36,507 bases of DNA from Candidatus Bathyarchaeota archaeon (GTDB lineage Archaea; Thermoproteota; Bathyarchaeia; Bathyarchaeales; Bathyarchaeaceae). Below, one piece after another: positions 8,279 through 18,188 of the stretch. The notes under the pieces are model-generated. The model was given only the letters and a program-made list of their open reading frames with translations. It was not told where the DNA came from and made no database searches. The stretch spans positions 941,569 through 978,075 of the forward strand of contig CP070826.1 of NCBI GenBank assembly GCA_020344435.1, read 5' to 3'. The number at the start of each line of letters is the position of its first letter. Positions within the stretch are counted from its first letter, which is position 1. Position numbers and translations under genes: made by a program.

Positions 8279-9151
8279 TCAGAACCATTTCAGTTTGCAG
8301 TTGATAAGCGCCCACGCAATAATTCCACCGATGATATTGAAGATCATATCGCCGAAGATATTCATGGGCGATTCTGGTCCTATTCTCAATACATTAGAGG
8401 GTGACACAAAGTAAGCGGCTCTTTCCATGAGTTCCCATATCAGCGCCGCAATCATGATGCTGAAGATTGCGAATTCTGCGGACCCCGTTTTTCGTTCAAC
8501 TCTGAAAATCCTGAATCTATCTAGACGAAAATACGAGGCTAGGTTGCTGTATCCGTGATGTTTCACAGCTGTTTTGTAGGCCTTCATGGCCGCCGCTCCT
8601 ATCCCAAATCCCGCCAGCGCATGCATAACCCAGTCGATGCCAAAAATCTGGTAGAGTATGGAGCCTGCAGCCAATACCTGTACCACCAGGGGGATTTTCG
8701 CTAAGAGGGCGGTTCTATAATCCGAAAAGACGCTGTTTGAACACATCTTGAAAAGATTTGCCAAAGCAACCTTTCCAGGATACTTCTTAACGGATATGCG
8801 ATCAGGGCCCCTAGCCATGCTCAAATAAACCGTTGTGCAGACAGTAAGGAAGGCCCAAACTCCAAAAATGCTCCACAAGATGTCTTTCCTTGTGATGTTT
8901 GTGTAGATGGAGAACAGGGAGATTGACTTGAGCAGAGACGCAAGAGAGACCCATTTCAGTGGCATACTTCGATGGAAAACGTGAACTAGAAGGGCGCCAA
9001 ATGGGATGAATACTATGAGGCCCGAATTGAATTCTCTTCTTCCATTGTTCACTTTGTCAGTACACACGTCGAGTTTGACCTCTGGTCGCTCAGAATTTAT
9101 TTTGAGTTTATTTATAATAAACCTAACGGAGCAGCCAAAATGGGGCATCAA
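8279..9151 (-). CDS. Integral membrane protein, unknown function (VanZ-like C-terminal motif)
   Basis: 290-aa ORF with several hydrophobic segments. The C-terminus FGDMIFNIIGGIIAWAL resembles the D-x3-N-x2-G-x3-G end of VanZ-like proteins. The N-terminal ~40 aa are hydrophilic, so the true start may lie further in. Confidence 0.6.
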   Translation of the reverse strand: MMPHFGCSVRFIINKLKINSERPEVKLDVCTDKVNNGRREFNSGLIVFIPFGALLVHVFHRSMPLKWVSLASLLKSISLFSIYTNITRKDILWSIFGVWAFLTVCTTVYLSMARGPDRISVKKYPGKVALANLFKMCSNSVFSDYRTALLAKIPLVVQVLAAGSILYQIFGIDWVMHALAGFGIGAAAMKAYKTAVKHHGYSNLASYFRLDRFRIFRVERKTGSAEFAIFSIMIAALIWELMERAAYFVSPSNVLRIGPESPMNIFGDMIFNIIGGIIAWALINCKLKWF

Positions 9152-9222
9152 GAGCTGCGTATACAGAAGCTATAAATAATTAAGTCCATCGCGTCAATAA
9201 CAATAGTCTCGGTGCACTTGTT

Positions 9223-9747
9223 ATGACGAACCGTGGGCTCTTTGTGGGAAGGTTCCAACCCTTCCATAAAGGCCATCTTGAGGCTGTGAAGGCCATACTG
9301 AAAAGGGTTGACGAGCTTGTGATAGTCGTCGGCAGCTCTCAGTACAGCCACACACTCGACAATCCGTTCACCGCAGGTGAACGTATTACAATGATCCGGC
9401 GGTCCTTGGAAGAAGAGGATATTACACAATCGAAATATCTGGTTGTTCCCGTGCCAGACCTACACATACATGCAATCTGGGTTGCCCAAGTCGTAGGCTA
9501 TTGCCCAGAATTTGTTGGGGTGTACACAAATGAGCCGCTTACTCGTCGCCTATTCATTGAGGCTGGCTATAGTGTTGAGCCGGTTCCATTCCATAGGCGG
9601 AAGATATACTCATCCACCAACATTCGGAAGAGGATCTTGATTGGAGAAGGTTGGGAAGAACTCGTCGCGGAGAGCGTGGCGGAGTTCATCAAGGAGATTG
9701 ACGGCTTGGAAAGGCTGCGAGACCTAGCAGAAACAGACAAGACCTAG
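9223..9747 (+). CDS. nadM: Nicotinamide-nucleotide adenylyltransferase (archaeal NMNAT)
   Basis: 174-aa ORF. GLFVGRFQPFHKGHLEAV is the (H/T)xGH nucleotidyltransferase motif. Also has SSTNIR and archaeal NadM length. Confidence 0.92.
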   Translation: MTNRGLFVGRFQPFHKGHLEAVKAILKRVDELVIVVGSSQYSHTLDNPFTAGERITMIRRSLEEEDITQSKYLVVPVPDLHIHAIWVAQVVGYCPEFVGVYTNEPLTRRLFIEAGYSVEPVPFHRRKIYSSTNIRKRILIGEGWEELVAESVAEFIKEIDGLERLRDLAETDKT

Positions 9748-9785
9748 AATGGAAATACACGTTGACCCTTGCCCTCGGGAATCAA

Positions 9786-9793
9786 TTTAAATA
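9786..9793 (+). promoter_or_regulatory. TATA box for the DUF211 gene
   Basis: Consensus-like TTTAAATA lies 34-41 nt upstream of ATG 9827, implying a very short leader. Confidence 0.4.
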
Positions 9794-9826
9794 CTCGCCA
9801 CCCCACCATATGTACGTAGGTCTAGG

Positions 9827-10123
9827 ATGATAAGAAGACTCGTCTTGGACGTTTTAAAACCCCACAATCCCGGCATAGTCGAGCTTTCTAGAGAGCTTAG
9901 CGAGCTGGATGGCATAGAGGGAGTGAACGTAGTGACTTATGAAATAGATCAGAAAGTCGAGAACGTGAAGATAATCCTTGGGGGAACCAACATAAACTTC
10001 GAAAGCGTAAAGAACAAACTTGAAAGCCTAGGCGCCGCCATACACTCCGTAGACGAGGTTGCCGCAGGTTCCAAAATTGTTGAGGAAGTGAGAACGCCCC
10101 AAGACAGATCAGCCCGGCTCTAG
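9827..10123 (+). CDS. DUF211 family protein
   Basis: 98-aa ORF. MIRRLVLDVLKPH-P-IVEL...L....GV.GVN....E.D...E.....I.G..I.F matches my memory of DUF211 archaeal proteins. Confidence 0.8.
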   Translation: MIRRLVLDVLKPHNPGIVELSRELSELDGIEGVNVVTYEIDQKVENVKIILGGTNINFESVKNKLESLGAAIHSVDEVAAGSKIVEEVRTPQDRSARL

Positions 10124-10181
10124 AGCAGGGTTAGTGGCATATGGATATGCACGCATGCACAGGGCGCATTGAGGCTTTTCA

Positions 10182-10970
10182 TTGATTGAGGAAGTAGTGG
10201 TTCCTCTGGAGAGACTTCATGAGCCAGAATGCGGGAAGATACTGTGCTATCCACGGTATGACTTGAAGGAATTGAGAAGACGTGTGAGGGAGCTTGAGAA
10301 TCTTGGAGTGCAAGCCTTGGAGTTCAACGGAGAGAAAAGGGCATTCAACATGCCCGTCTTGGGCAAGGGCCATGTTGGCGTTGTTGTCTCAGCAAGCATG
10401 GGTGGACAAAAGGTCGCCCTCAAGATTCGTAGAGTGGATGCAAATCGGAGTGGAATGCTGCATGAAGCTGAGATGCAGAGAAAGGCGAATAGCGCTGGCG
10501 TCGGACCAGATTTGATTGATGCCACTGACAACTTTCTTGTCATGGAGTTTGTTGGAGGAACGACACTGCCCAAATGGATTGAAGGGTTGAAAGAACGCGT
10601 TGAATCCAGGATTCGCCATGTTCTGCTGGCTGTTTTAGAACAATGCTGGAGGCTTGACAAAATGAATCTGGATCATGGAGAACTCAGTAGAGCTCCAAAA
10701 CATATCATAATAGGAGAGAGTGACAAGCCCTGCTTGGTCGATTTCGAAACCGCAAGCTCTGACAGAAGAGCCTCTAACGTAACCTCAATCTGCCAATACC
10801 TGTTCATGGGAAGCTCGGTAGCAAGGATGATTGCAGATAGACTAGGCGAAATCGACAAGGGAGAGCTAATCAAGACTTTGAGGAAGTACAAACAGAAACA
10901 TACAAAAGAAGAGTTTGAAATGGTTCTAGGCGCATGTGGTCTGCGCAAGCTTCGAACGGTTGGATGCTGA
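10182..10970 (+). CDS. Atypical RIO/Bud32-like Ser/Thr protein kinase (COG2112-type)
   Basis: VLGKGHVGVV (G-loop), VALKIRR (Lys), LDHGELSRAPKHIII (catalytic-loop equivalent) and LVDFETAS (DFG equivalent). TTG start with GAGG about 8 nt upstream. Confidence 0.75.
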   Translation: MIEEVVVPLERLHEPECGKILCYPRYDLKELRRRVRELENLGVQALEFNGEKRAFNMPVLGKGHVGVVVSASMGGQKVALKIRRVDANRSGMLHEAEMQRKANSAGVGPDLIDATDNFLVMEFVGGTTLPKWIEGLKERVESRIRHVLLAVLEQCWRLDKMNLDHGELSRAPKHIIIGESDKPCLVDFETASSDRRASNVTSICQYLFMGSSVARMIADRLGEIDKGELIKTLRKYKQKHTKEEFEMVLGACGLRKLRTVGC

Positions 10971-11143
10971 GACTTCCGCGCACGAATACGAGAGCCTCTA
11001 TGGAGACAGAAGACTTGTTCAAGAGATTCTCCACTGAAGAGTTACCACCTTTGACAGACTAGCAGAGCTTCTCTCTTCTCATCCCAACACAGTCAAAGGG
11101 CTACAAGTCTTACAAGAACTAGCATAATCAATAGAAGGCAGTG

Positions 11144-12715
11144 CTAAGACTTCTTATGAATCAATGCTCTTTCCACTGCTTCTACGAGTTGTCCACTCCT
11201 AATCAACTTTCTCACTTCTTCTATATCCATGGACATCACTCGGTCTTTCTTCAACGTAGGCACCTTTTCTCTAATCAACGAGTACGCCACTCTCGTTCCT
11301 TGACCGAGTTTTTCAGAGCCTCGAAACTCTACACCCTGTGCCGCACACAAAAGTTCAATAGCCAAAATATACTCTGAATTGGCAAGAATTTTCGCAGCTT
11401 TCCTTGCCGCAATCGATCCCATGCTTACGAAATCTTCAAAGTTCGCTGATGTAGGGATTGAGTCGACACTTGCTGGATGAGCCATGGTTTTGTTCTCTGA
11501 AGCTAATGCGGCCGCCGTGTATTGAACAGACATGAAACCGCTGTGTATTCCCCTCTCAACTTCGCTGTGAATCAGAAAGGGTGGCAATCCATGGCTTAGG
11601 TTCTCATCAACAAGCCTAGCGATTCTCCGCTCTGACATGTTACCAACGGTTGTCACAGCAATCGCCAACAGGTCCATGGCAATCGAAATTGGTTGTCCAT
11701 GGAAGTTTCCACCAGACAGGCACTCTCCATCTTCGGCAAAAATCAAAGGATTATCTGTTGCCGAATTAATTTCGGTCTCGATAATTCCTCTTGCATATGC
11801 GGCGGCGTCTCTGGTCGCTCCTAGAACTTGTGGAACGCACCTCAGACTGTATGGGTCTTGGGGTCGTCTCATCTTGGATTTTCTGGCTTCGTTGATTACC
11901 TCTTGGCTTGATTTTATTATTCGGCTTCCATTTGTGAGTGAGCGTATGTTTTTAGCGGTTTCAATCTGACCTGGATGTGGTCTAACATTGTGTATTTTTT
12001 CATCAAAAGCGTCAGATATCCCACTCAGCGCTTCTAGGCTCAGTGAGGCTGCTATTTCTGCGGTTTTTATCAGCCTTTCCGTGTCGTGGATGGCTAAGAC
12101 TCCAAGTGCCGTCACCATCTGGGTGCCGTTGTTCAAGGCTAATCCTTCCTTGAAATCAAGTCTGACGGGGGTGATGCCCGCCTTCTTCATGGCTTGTTTG
12201 CCATTCATCTCTTTTCCTTCAAACTCTGCTTCACCTTCGCCCATCATAACTAGGGTCATGTGAGACAATGGAGCGAGGTCGCCACTTGCACTCACCGAGC
12301 CTTTTTCTGGGATTAATGGATGTACACCTTTGTTGATCATCTGAACCAGGGTTTCGAGAGTTGCGAGTTTTATTCCGGAGTTTCCCTTGGCGAGGGTATT
12401 CGCCCTCAGGAGCATCAAAGCTCTCGTCGTATCTCTGTCTAGCGGCTTTCCAACACCTGCAGCGTGGCTCCTGATTAAGTTGTATTGTAGCTCTTTGATG
12501 CGCTCAGAGGGAATAATCACGTTGCCAAAGGCTCCAAATCCTGTCGTGACGCCATAGACCACCCTCTTCTTTTCAATGAACTCTTCAAGAGCTCGTCTGG
12601 ATTCTTTCACTTTCTCCCTCGCTTTCCGCGTAATCTCTACAAAACCGTGATTGCGTGAGACTGCAATTACATCTCTTGTAGTCAAGCTTTCTCCGTCAAC
12701 AAGCACACTGTTCAA
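11144..12715 (-). CDS. hutH: Histidine ammonia-lyase
   Basis: 523-aa ORF with GVTTGFG, the RSHAAGVG histidase-type switch, SVSASGDLAPLSH (MIO-forming ASG) and NGTQ. TTG start with GGAGGAGG 11-13 nt upstream. Confidence 0.95.
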   Translation of the reverse strand: MNSVLVDGESLTTRDVIAVSRNHGFVEITRKAREKVKESRRALEEFIEKKRVVYGVTTGFGAFGNVIIPSERIKELQYNLIRSHAAGVGKPLDRDTTRALMLLRANTLAKGNSGIKLATLETLVQMINKGVHPLIPEKGSVSASGDLAPLSHMTLVMMGEGEAEFEGKEMNGKQAMKKAGITPVRLDFKEGLALNNGTQMVTALGVLAIHDTERLIKTAEIAASLSLEALSGISDAFDEKIHNVRPHPGQIETAKNIRSLTNGSRIIKSSQEVINEARKSKMRRPQDPYSLRCVPQVLGATRDAAAYARGIIETEINSATDNPLIFAEDGECLSGGNFHGQPISIAMDLLAIAVTTVGNMSERRIARLVDENLSHGLPPFLIHSEVERGIHSGFMSVQYTAAALASENKTMAHPASVDSIPTSANFEDFVSMGSIAARKAAKILANSEYILAIELLCAAQGVEFRGSEKLGQGTRVAYSLIREKVPTLKKDRVMSMDIEEVRKLIRSGQLVEAVERALIHKKS

Positions 12716-12771
12716 GTCTTGTCTTTCCTCCTCCTTTGAGAGCGGATTATCTGATTGGCAAAGTTTATCAT

Positions 12772-14427
12772 TTATAGCATCGGGGTGTGGATTCCTCTTT
12801 CCTTGGCGATGTCCCTAGCTCTCTGATAGCCCGCGTCGGCATGTCGGATGATGGCAGTTCCAGGGTCAGTGGTTAGAACTCGGATTAACCTTTTCTCAGC
12901 TTTTTCGGTTCCATCTGCGACCAGGCACATTCCAGCGTGGATGCTGTAGCCTATTCCCACTCCACCTCCATGGTGCACTGAAACCCATGTTGCTCCGGCC
13001 ACAGCATTCAGGAGCGCGTTTAGAATTGGCCAGTCTGCTATGGCATCGCTTCCATCGTGCATGCCCTCGGTTTCTCTGTTTGGCGATGCGACGCTTCCAC
13101 CATCTAGGTGATCTCTTCCAATCCATATGGGGCCTGAGAGTCTTCCTTCGCGGACCATATCGTTTATAATCTTCCCGAATCTGGCTCTTTCTCCGAATCC
13201 CAGCCAGCAGACTCTTGCTGGTAGGCCTTGGAACTTTACGTATTTCTTCGCTTTCTGTATCCAGCGGCAGAGTTCCTTGTTGTATGGGAACTCTGCTAAG
13301 ATAACATCGTCCAAGGTGTAGATATCTCTTGGGTCGCCAACTAGAGAGGCCCATCTGAAAGGCCCCCTCCCCTCGCAAAACATCGGTCTTATGTATCTCT
13401 TCACAAATCCTGGAAAGGTAAACGCATCTTTGAAGCCGTTGCTGTATGCTTCCTGTCTAATGTTGTTACCGTACTCAAAGGTGACTGTGCCCTTCTGCAT
13501 CATCTGGACCATGGCCTTTACTTGAGTGTGGATGCTTGCCCTAGCCTTTTCCACGTAACTGTCTGGATCATTTTCCCGAAGTTCATCAGCTTCTTCTACA
13601 GAAAGCCCAGCTGGGTAGTATCCGTTGAGGGGGTCGTGGGCGGCTGTCTGATCAGTGACAACGTCTGGGAAAATTCCCCTCTTTACGAGTTCAGGATGTA
13701 TCTCAGCTGCATTGCCAAGGAGCCCGATACTCCTAGGCGCATTGTCTTCCTTTGCTTTTGTCACTATGTCAATTGCTTCGCCTAGGTCATCAGTCCAATC
13801 TTCGAGATATCCGAATTTCAGCCTGCGTCTTATGGCGTCCTTCCTGATCTCTACGACCAGGGCTACGCCTTCGTTCATGGTTACGGCTAATGGTTGCGCT
13901 CCCCCCATCTCACCCAGACCTGCTGTGAGAACCAATTTTCCTTGTAGGGCTCCGTTAAAGTTCTCCTTTGCGACCGCTGCTAGTGTTTCGTAGGTTCCTT
14001 GCAGGATGCCTTGCGTTCCAATGTACGCCCATGAGCCTGCCGTCATCTGTCCAAACATCATAAGGCCCTTCTGTTCTAACTCGTGGAAGAAATCCCATGA
14101 TGCCCATTTTGGCACGAGCATACTATTGACCAGGAGAGCCCTGGGAGCCCACTCGTGGGTCTTGAAGATCCCAACGGGCTTCCCACTCTGGATTAGAAGG
14201 GTCTCATCGATTTCTAGTTTTCTAAGTGTTTCATCAATCTTGTTGAAGCATTCCCAGTTTCTGGCAGCCTTTCCAGTACCACCATAAACAATAAGGTTCT
14301 CAGAATCCTTCGCAACCTCAGAATCAACAACATTATGCATCATGCGAAGAACACCTTCAATCTGCCAGTTCCTGCAATGCAGCTCGGGGCCTGTTATGCA
14401 TTTCCTTGTCTTTTTCAGCTTGGCCAC
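12772..14427 (-). CDS. hutU: Urocanate hydratase (urocanase)
   Basis: 551-aa ORF with [38 protein letters not shown] and HHGGGVGIG, typical of HutU. GTG start with GGTGA just upstream. Confidence 0.95.
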   Translation of the reverse strand: MAKLKKTRKCITGPELHCRNWQIEGVLRMMHNVVDSEVAKDSENLIVYGGTGKAARNWECFNKIDETLRKLEIDETLLIQSGKPVGIFKTHEWAPRALLVNSMLVPKWASWDFFHELEQKGLMMFGQMTAGSWAYIGTQGILQGTYETLAAVAKENFNGALQGKLVLTAGLGEMGGAQPLAVTMNEGVALVVEIRKDAIRRRLKFGYLEDWTDDLGEAIDIVTKAKEDNAPRSIGLLGNAAEIHPELVKRGIFPDVVTDQTAAHDPLNGYYPAGLSVEEADELRENDPDSYVEKARASIHTQVKAMVQMMQKGTVTFEYGNNIRQEAYSNGFKDAFTFPGFVKRYIRPMFCEGRGPFRWASLVGDPRDIYTLDDVILAEFPYNKELCRWIQKAKKYVKFQGLPARVCWLGFGERARFGKIINDMVREGRLSGPIWIGRDHLDGGSVASPNRETEGMHDGSDAIADWPILNALLNAVAGATWVSVHHGGGVGIGYSIHAGMCLVADGTEKAEKRLIRVLTTDPGTAIIRHADAGYQRARDIAKERGIHTPML

Positions 14428-14456
14428 ACCTTCACCAGAAGCCTAGAGCAAAAAGA

Positions 14457-14466
14457 CTATTTATAG
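14457..14466 (-). promoter_or_regulatory. Palindromic TATA-like box (CTATAAATAG) upstream of hutU, flanked by GACTA/TAGTC
   Basis: About 30-35 nt upstream of the hutU GTG, in the 93-nt hutI-hutU gap. The whole motif GACTATTTATAGGTAGTC spans 14455-14472. Confidence 0.35.
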
Positions 14467-14520
14467 GTAGTCTTACCTCTCGTCATTCCATCTGGAACGT
14501 CAGAAAGATTCCACTTCTCT

Positions 14521-15831
14521 TCAGTGAGGAGGAGACTCTTCAGAAATCAAGTTTCGATCGGACTCCCTATCAAAAACAAGGTTTCCATCCTTTACCACCT
14601 TGGCGACCAGATTCACACCGAAGTGGTAACCTAGGAACCTATGATTTGGCACGTTCAAAACTAAGATGTCCGCCCTTTTTCCAAGCTCCAGGCTTCCAAT
14701 GTCGTGACCCCGGTTTATAGCATGGGCAGCATTTATTGTCGCCGCAGCTATTGCCTCTGCCGGCGTCATCCTCATTTGATGGCAGGCCAAGGCAATTGTC
14801 ATCTGCTGGTTCTCCCCCCAACAGCTCGGGTTATAGTCCGTTCCCAACGAGACAGGTACCCCCAACTCCATCATCCTCTTGGCATTGGCGTACAGTCGTG
14901 TCATCAGTGTAAAGGACGCTGCAGGAAGCAGAACCGCAATCACCCCCTGATCCGCCATTAGCTGTAGACTGGCATCAGAAGAAAAGAGCAGATGACTAGC
15001 CGAGATGGCTTGCATCTCGGCCGCCAACTCGGCTCCACCAAATCCAGTCAGTTCGTCCGCATGCAGTTTTGCCGCTAAACCATGTCTGATTCCTTGGGAG
15101 AGAATCTCTCTCGAGTGTTCAATATTGAATACTCCTCGTTCGCAGAATACATCGCAGAACTCCGCTAACTTGCGGGCTGCAACCTCTGGAATCATCTCAT
15201 CTGCAACAAGGTCAACGTATCCAGCAGTGTTATCCTTGTATTCGGAGGGGACCGCGTGTGCTCCAAGAAATGTCGGTACGATCTCTATGGGGTGTTCTGT
15301 GTTTGCGAGTTTCATGACTTCTAGGCATTTCAACTCGTCTTCTGTGGTTAGTCCGTAGCCGCTCTTTGCCTCAACTGTTGTTGTGCCATGCTCCAGCATA
15401 ATAGACAATGTTTTCCTGCAGCCCTCAAGCAGCTCCTCTTTGCCTGCTTTTCTAGTCTCCCTCATAGTCTTCAAGATTCCCCCTCCCTTCTGGAGGATCT
15501 CCAAGTAGGAGGCGCCCTCTAGCCTCATCTCAAACTCTTCCTCCCTCGAGCCCGCGAAGACCAGGTGCGTGTGAGGGTCCACAAAGCCTGGCATGACAAC
15601 TCTTTTGCTTGCGTCTATGACGTTACTGCTCTCAATTTTCTCCCTGATCATATCGGTCTTTCCTACACGCACCACTCTTCCGTTTCTGATAGCAACTGCA
15701 CCGTCCATGATGATGCCTAAATCTCGCATTCTCTTCCCTAGAATCGGCTTTCTGGATCCTCCCCTGATGGTTAGAAGTTCGCTTGCTCTTTCAATCAATA
15801 GATCTGCTTCTTCTTTGGCCACCTTTCTCAT
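14521..15831 (-). CDS. hutI: Imidazolonepropionase
   Basis: 436-aa amidohydrolase-fold ORF with PGFVDPHTHLVFAGSR, KLHADE and GTDYNP, which are HutI motifs. Its ATG overlaps the ftcD stop as ATGA. Confidence 0.93.
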   Translation of the reverse strand: MRKVAKEEADLLIERASELLTIRGGSRKPILGKRMRDLGIIMDGAVAIRNGRVVRVGKTDMIREKIESSNVIDASKRVVMPGFVDPHTHLVFAGSREEEFEMRLEGASYLEILQKGGGILKTMRETRKAGKEELLEGCRKTLSIMLEHGTTTVEAKSGYGLTTEDELKCLEVMKLANTEHPIEIVPTFLGAHAVPSEYKDNTAGYVDLVADEMIPEVAARKLAEFCDVFCERGVFNIEHSREILSQGIRHGLAAKLHADELTGFGGAELAAEMQAISASHLLFSSDASLQLMADQGVIAVLLPAASFTLMTRLYANAKRMMELGVPVSLGTDYNPSCWGENQQMTIALACHQMRMTPAEAIAAATINAAHAINRGHDIGSLELGKRADILVLNVPNHRFLGYHFGVNLVAKVVKDGNLVFDRESDRNLISEESPPH

Positions 15832-16736
15832 CCTTTCTCCATAGCCCTCTGTATGGCTATCTCAAGCACTCTGTCTTCGGTCAGATTGTCTATCTTCAGA
15901 TAGTGTTGGGCTGCATCTGTTATCGCCTTCAAAGGGGTCAAACCGCAAAACTCCGAGCCTACTATCGGAACGTTGTATCTATCGGCTTCGATTCTGATTA
16001 GTTCAAAAACTCGGTGTAGAGGCGTCTTCTCGAAACTCGTTATACTCATGCCTATCTGAGTCATCTTCCTGTTTGTAATCTCCGCGGCCATGGCCTTCAC
16101 GTAGGCTAGTCCCCCCTTTTTTGCGTGCATTGCCTTGGCTATTTTCCTAGCTATCGTCATATCTGATGTTCCAAGGTTTACATTGAAGCCTACCATCACA
16201 TGGCGAGCGCCAGTTATGGTTGCACCGGCTGTTGGATGGGGGGAGACCGGGCCAAAGTCTGGTTTCCGTTCAGGCTTCTTCATCATATCCTCAAGCTTCT
16301 CATATTCGCCTCTTCTAACCCAGTCAAGATCGTTTCTTTCAGGTTTAGCGGAGGCCTCGCCATAGAGATATATGGGAACGCCACAATCTTCAGCCAGCGT
16401 CCTCCCAAACTCTCTGGCAAGCTGAACGCAGTCTTCTATTTTCACGTTTCTTATTGGGATGAAAGGTACGACGTCTACTGCTCCGATGCGTGGATGTTGC
16501 CCTCTGTGATTGTTCATGTCTATGAGCTTGATGGCTTTCTTGGCAGCGTTAAGGGTTGCCAAGAGAACGGAGTCTCTGTTCCCGACATATGAGACGACGA
16601 GCCTGTTGTAGTAGTCGTCATAGGTGTGGTCAAGCATGTGTGTTCTCTCAATTCCCTCCACTTCATCCAAGATTTCCTTCACTATTCTGGAGTCTGATGT
16701 GCTGAAATTCGGAATACATTCTATTATCTCTTCCAA
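15828..16736 (-). CDS. ftcD: Glutamate formimidoyltransferase (FtcD transferase domain only)
   Basis: 302-aa ORF. ECIPNFS, NRLVVSYVG and HPRIGAVDVVPF match the formiminotransferase N and C subdomains. No cyclodeaminase domain is present. TTG start with GGAGG 9 nt upstream. Confidence 0.9.
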   Translation of the reverse strand: MEEIIECIPNFSTSDSRIVKEILDEVEGIERTHMLDHTYDDYYNRLVVSYVGNRDSVLLATLNAAKKAIKLIDMNNHRGQHPRIGAVDVVPFIPIRNVKIEDCVQLAREFGRTLAEDCGVPIYLYGEASAKPERNDLDWVRRGEYEKLEDMMKKPERKPDFGPVSPHPTAGATITGARHVMVGFNVNLGTSDMTIARKIAKAMHAKKGGLAYVKAMAAEITNRKMTQIGMSITSFEKTPLHRVFELIRIEADRYNVPIVGSEFCGLTPLKAITDAAQHYLKIDNLTEDRVLEIAIQRAMEKG

Positions 16737-17025
16737 CGGATAGCTCCTCCATCATCGCGACTGAAGATCTCTATGTTTTCACGTATCAACGAAAAGTGGG
16801 TAATAAGTTTTCAGACCACGCTTCTGACTTGGTGTGGCTGGAGTGTGAAGGATGAAGAAGCCTCTGACGTAGGAAGATGCAAGCATCCTGTGATGGTTAA
16901 GACTATTCGTCTTTTAGTGACTTCTGCATTCTTAGAATTCTTAAGAAGCGTTATATTTGTGTAGACGCAAAACCAAATCAGAGCCGCCGATTTCAATCAG
17001 GATTGAAACCGTTCGTGATCCATCA

Positions 17026-17625
17026 ATGGTTGAGAGCCTAGAACTTGAAATCCCTACGTGGGATAAAATCTACGATTTTCTCCTGAGTCTCGCTGAAAAG
17101 ATTCGAGAGGATGTCTTCAAACCAGGCGTGATTGTCGGGGTTTCCCGTGGCGGCTGGCCCCCAGCTAGAGTCATGTCCGATCTGCTGGAAAATCCTGAGA
17201 TTGCTAACGTAAAGGCGCAGTTCTACATAGGAGTCGCCAAGACAAAAGGTGAACCCGTTATAACCCAGCCCGTTTCAGTGTCGGTTGACGATAAAGAAGT
17301 GCTTCTCGTGGATGACGTCGCCGACACAGGAAAGAGCCTTCGATTGGTGAAATCACACTTGATGAGGAAAGGCGCGACTGAAGTTAAGATTGCAACCATC
17401 TATTATAAGCCTTGGAGCGTCATCATTCCAGATTACTATGAGAAGAAGACAAGCTCATGGGTCATCTTTCCTTGGGAAAGGAAGGAAGCTGTCAGAAACA
17501 TAATCAAACGTTATCAGAATGAGGGAAAGACCGTCGAGGAGGCAAAGGACAAACTGTTGAGGTCTGGGTTCGACTCTGAGCTTGCTGAGAGATTTATCTT
17601 GGAGATTGTTGAGGGGGAGACTTGA
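17026..17625 (+). CDS. Purine (xanthine/hypoxanthine-guanine type) phosphoribosyltransferase
   Basis: PRPP-binding motif VLLVDDVADTGKSL and GVSRGGWPPARV. I used the ATG at 17026; the ORF track begins at an upstream alternative start, 16957. A ~40-aa C-terminal extension is present. Confidence 0.8.
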   Translation: MVESLELEIPTWDKIYDFLLSLAEKIREDVFKPGVIVGVSRGGWPPARVMSDLLENPEIANVKAQFYIGVAKTKGEPVITQPVSVSVDDKEVLLVDDVADTGKSLRLVKSHLMRKGATEVKIATIYYKPWSVIIPDYYEKKTSSWVIFPWERKEAVRNIIKRYQNEGKTVEEAKDKLLRSGFDSELAERFILEIVEGET

Positions 17626-18188
17626 TCAGGAAGCTGGAAGAGTTTGGCACGTACATTGCAATGGCGGGCTTCAAAGACGTCCAAATCAGAGACGTCAAGG
17701 ACTTTCTCAATCTCGTTAGGAAGAATACCGCAGACGTAGAGATTCAGGTTTTTAACGCGAACCTAATAGCAGGTTGGAAGCATCTATACTTCGCCACCCT
17801 AAACGCCCTCACCGCATTTAAGAGTAAGTTAAACATTTCCAAAAGTCTAGCCATGGAAGCCCTTCTATATGCCTCCGCTCAGGGCCAAATCGACAAAGCA
17901 ATAGACCTACTAGGATCGAAGTCCGACTCTCCATACGTGGCAGTTCTTGTCATTGCGAAAGAATTGAAGGCAGCCGATTCAGCTTTAGAAACCATTTCGA
18001 AACTGATTTCTGGAGACCGTGACGACTGCATTCTTGAGTTGACAGATGAGAAAATCGAAGGTATCAAGGAACTGTTCGACATCTCCAATCTTGAACTGGA
18101 GTCCCAACTAGCGCTCAGAGGACTTGAAAAGAAAGCGCTGGTTGACTTAGTGATTGAACACGTGGCTCTCCTAGCGACTCAGCGGTGA
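17622..18188 (+). CDS. cgi121: Cgi121 (KEOPS complex subunit)
   Basis: 188-aa ORF. IQVFNANLIAGWKHLYFATLNALTAF....SKSLAMEALLYASAQGQIDKAIDLLG matches the archaeal Cgi121 pattern. The TTG start overlaps the PRT stop (cTTGA) with GGGGAG just upstream. An alternative ATG lies 13 codons in. Confidence 0.8.
   Translation: MIRKLEEFGTYIAMAGFKDVQIRDVKDFLNLVRKNTADVEIQVFNANLIAGWKHLYFATLNALTAFKSKLNISKSLAMEALLYASAQGQIDKAIDLLGSKSDSPYVAVLVIAKELKAADSALETISKLISGDRDDCILELTDEKIEGIKELFDISNLELESQLALRGLEKKALVDLVIEHVALLATQR

Noticed and set aside
16991-17008. ATTGAAAC-containing hairpin resembling the 3' end of some archaeal CRISPR repeats.
   Set aside because: It is a single copy with no repeat-spacer periodicity anywhere in the window, so it is not a CRISPR array.
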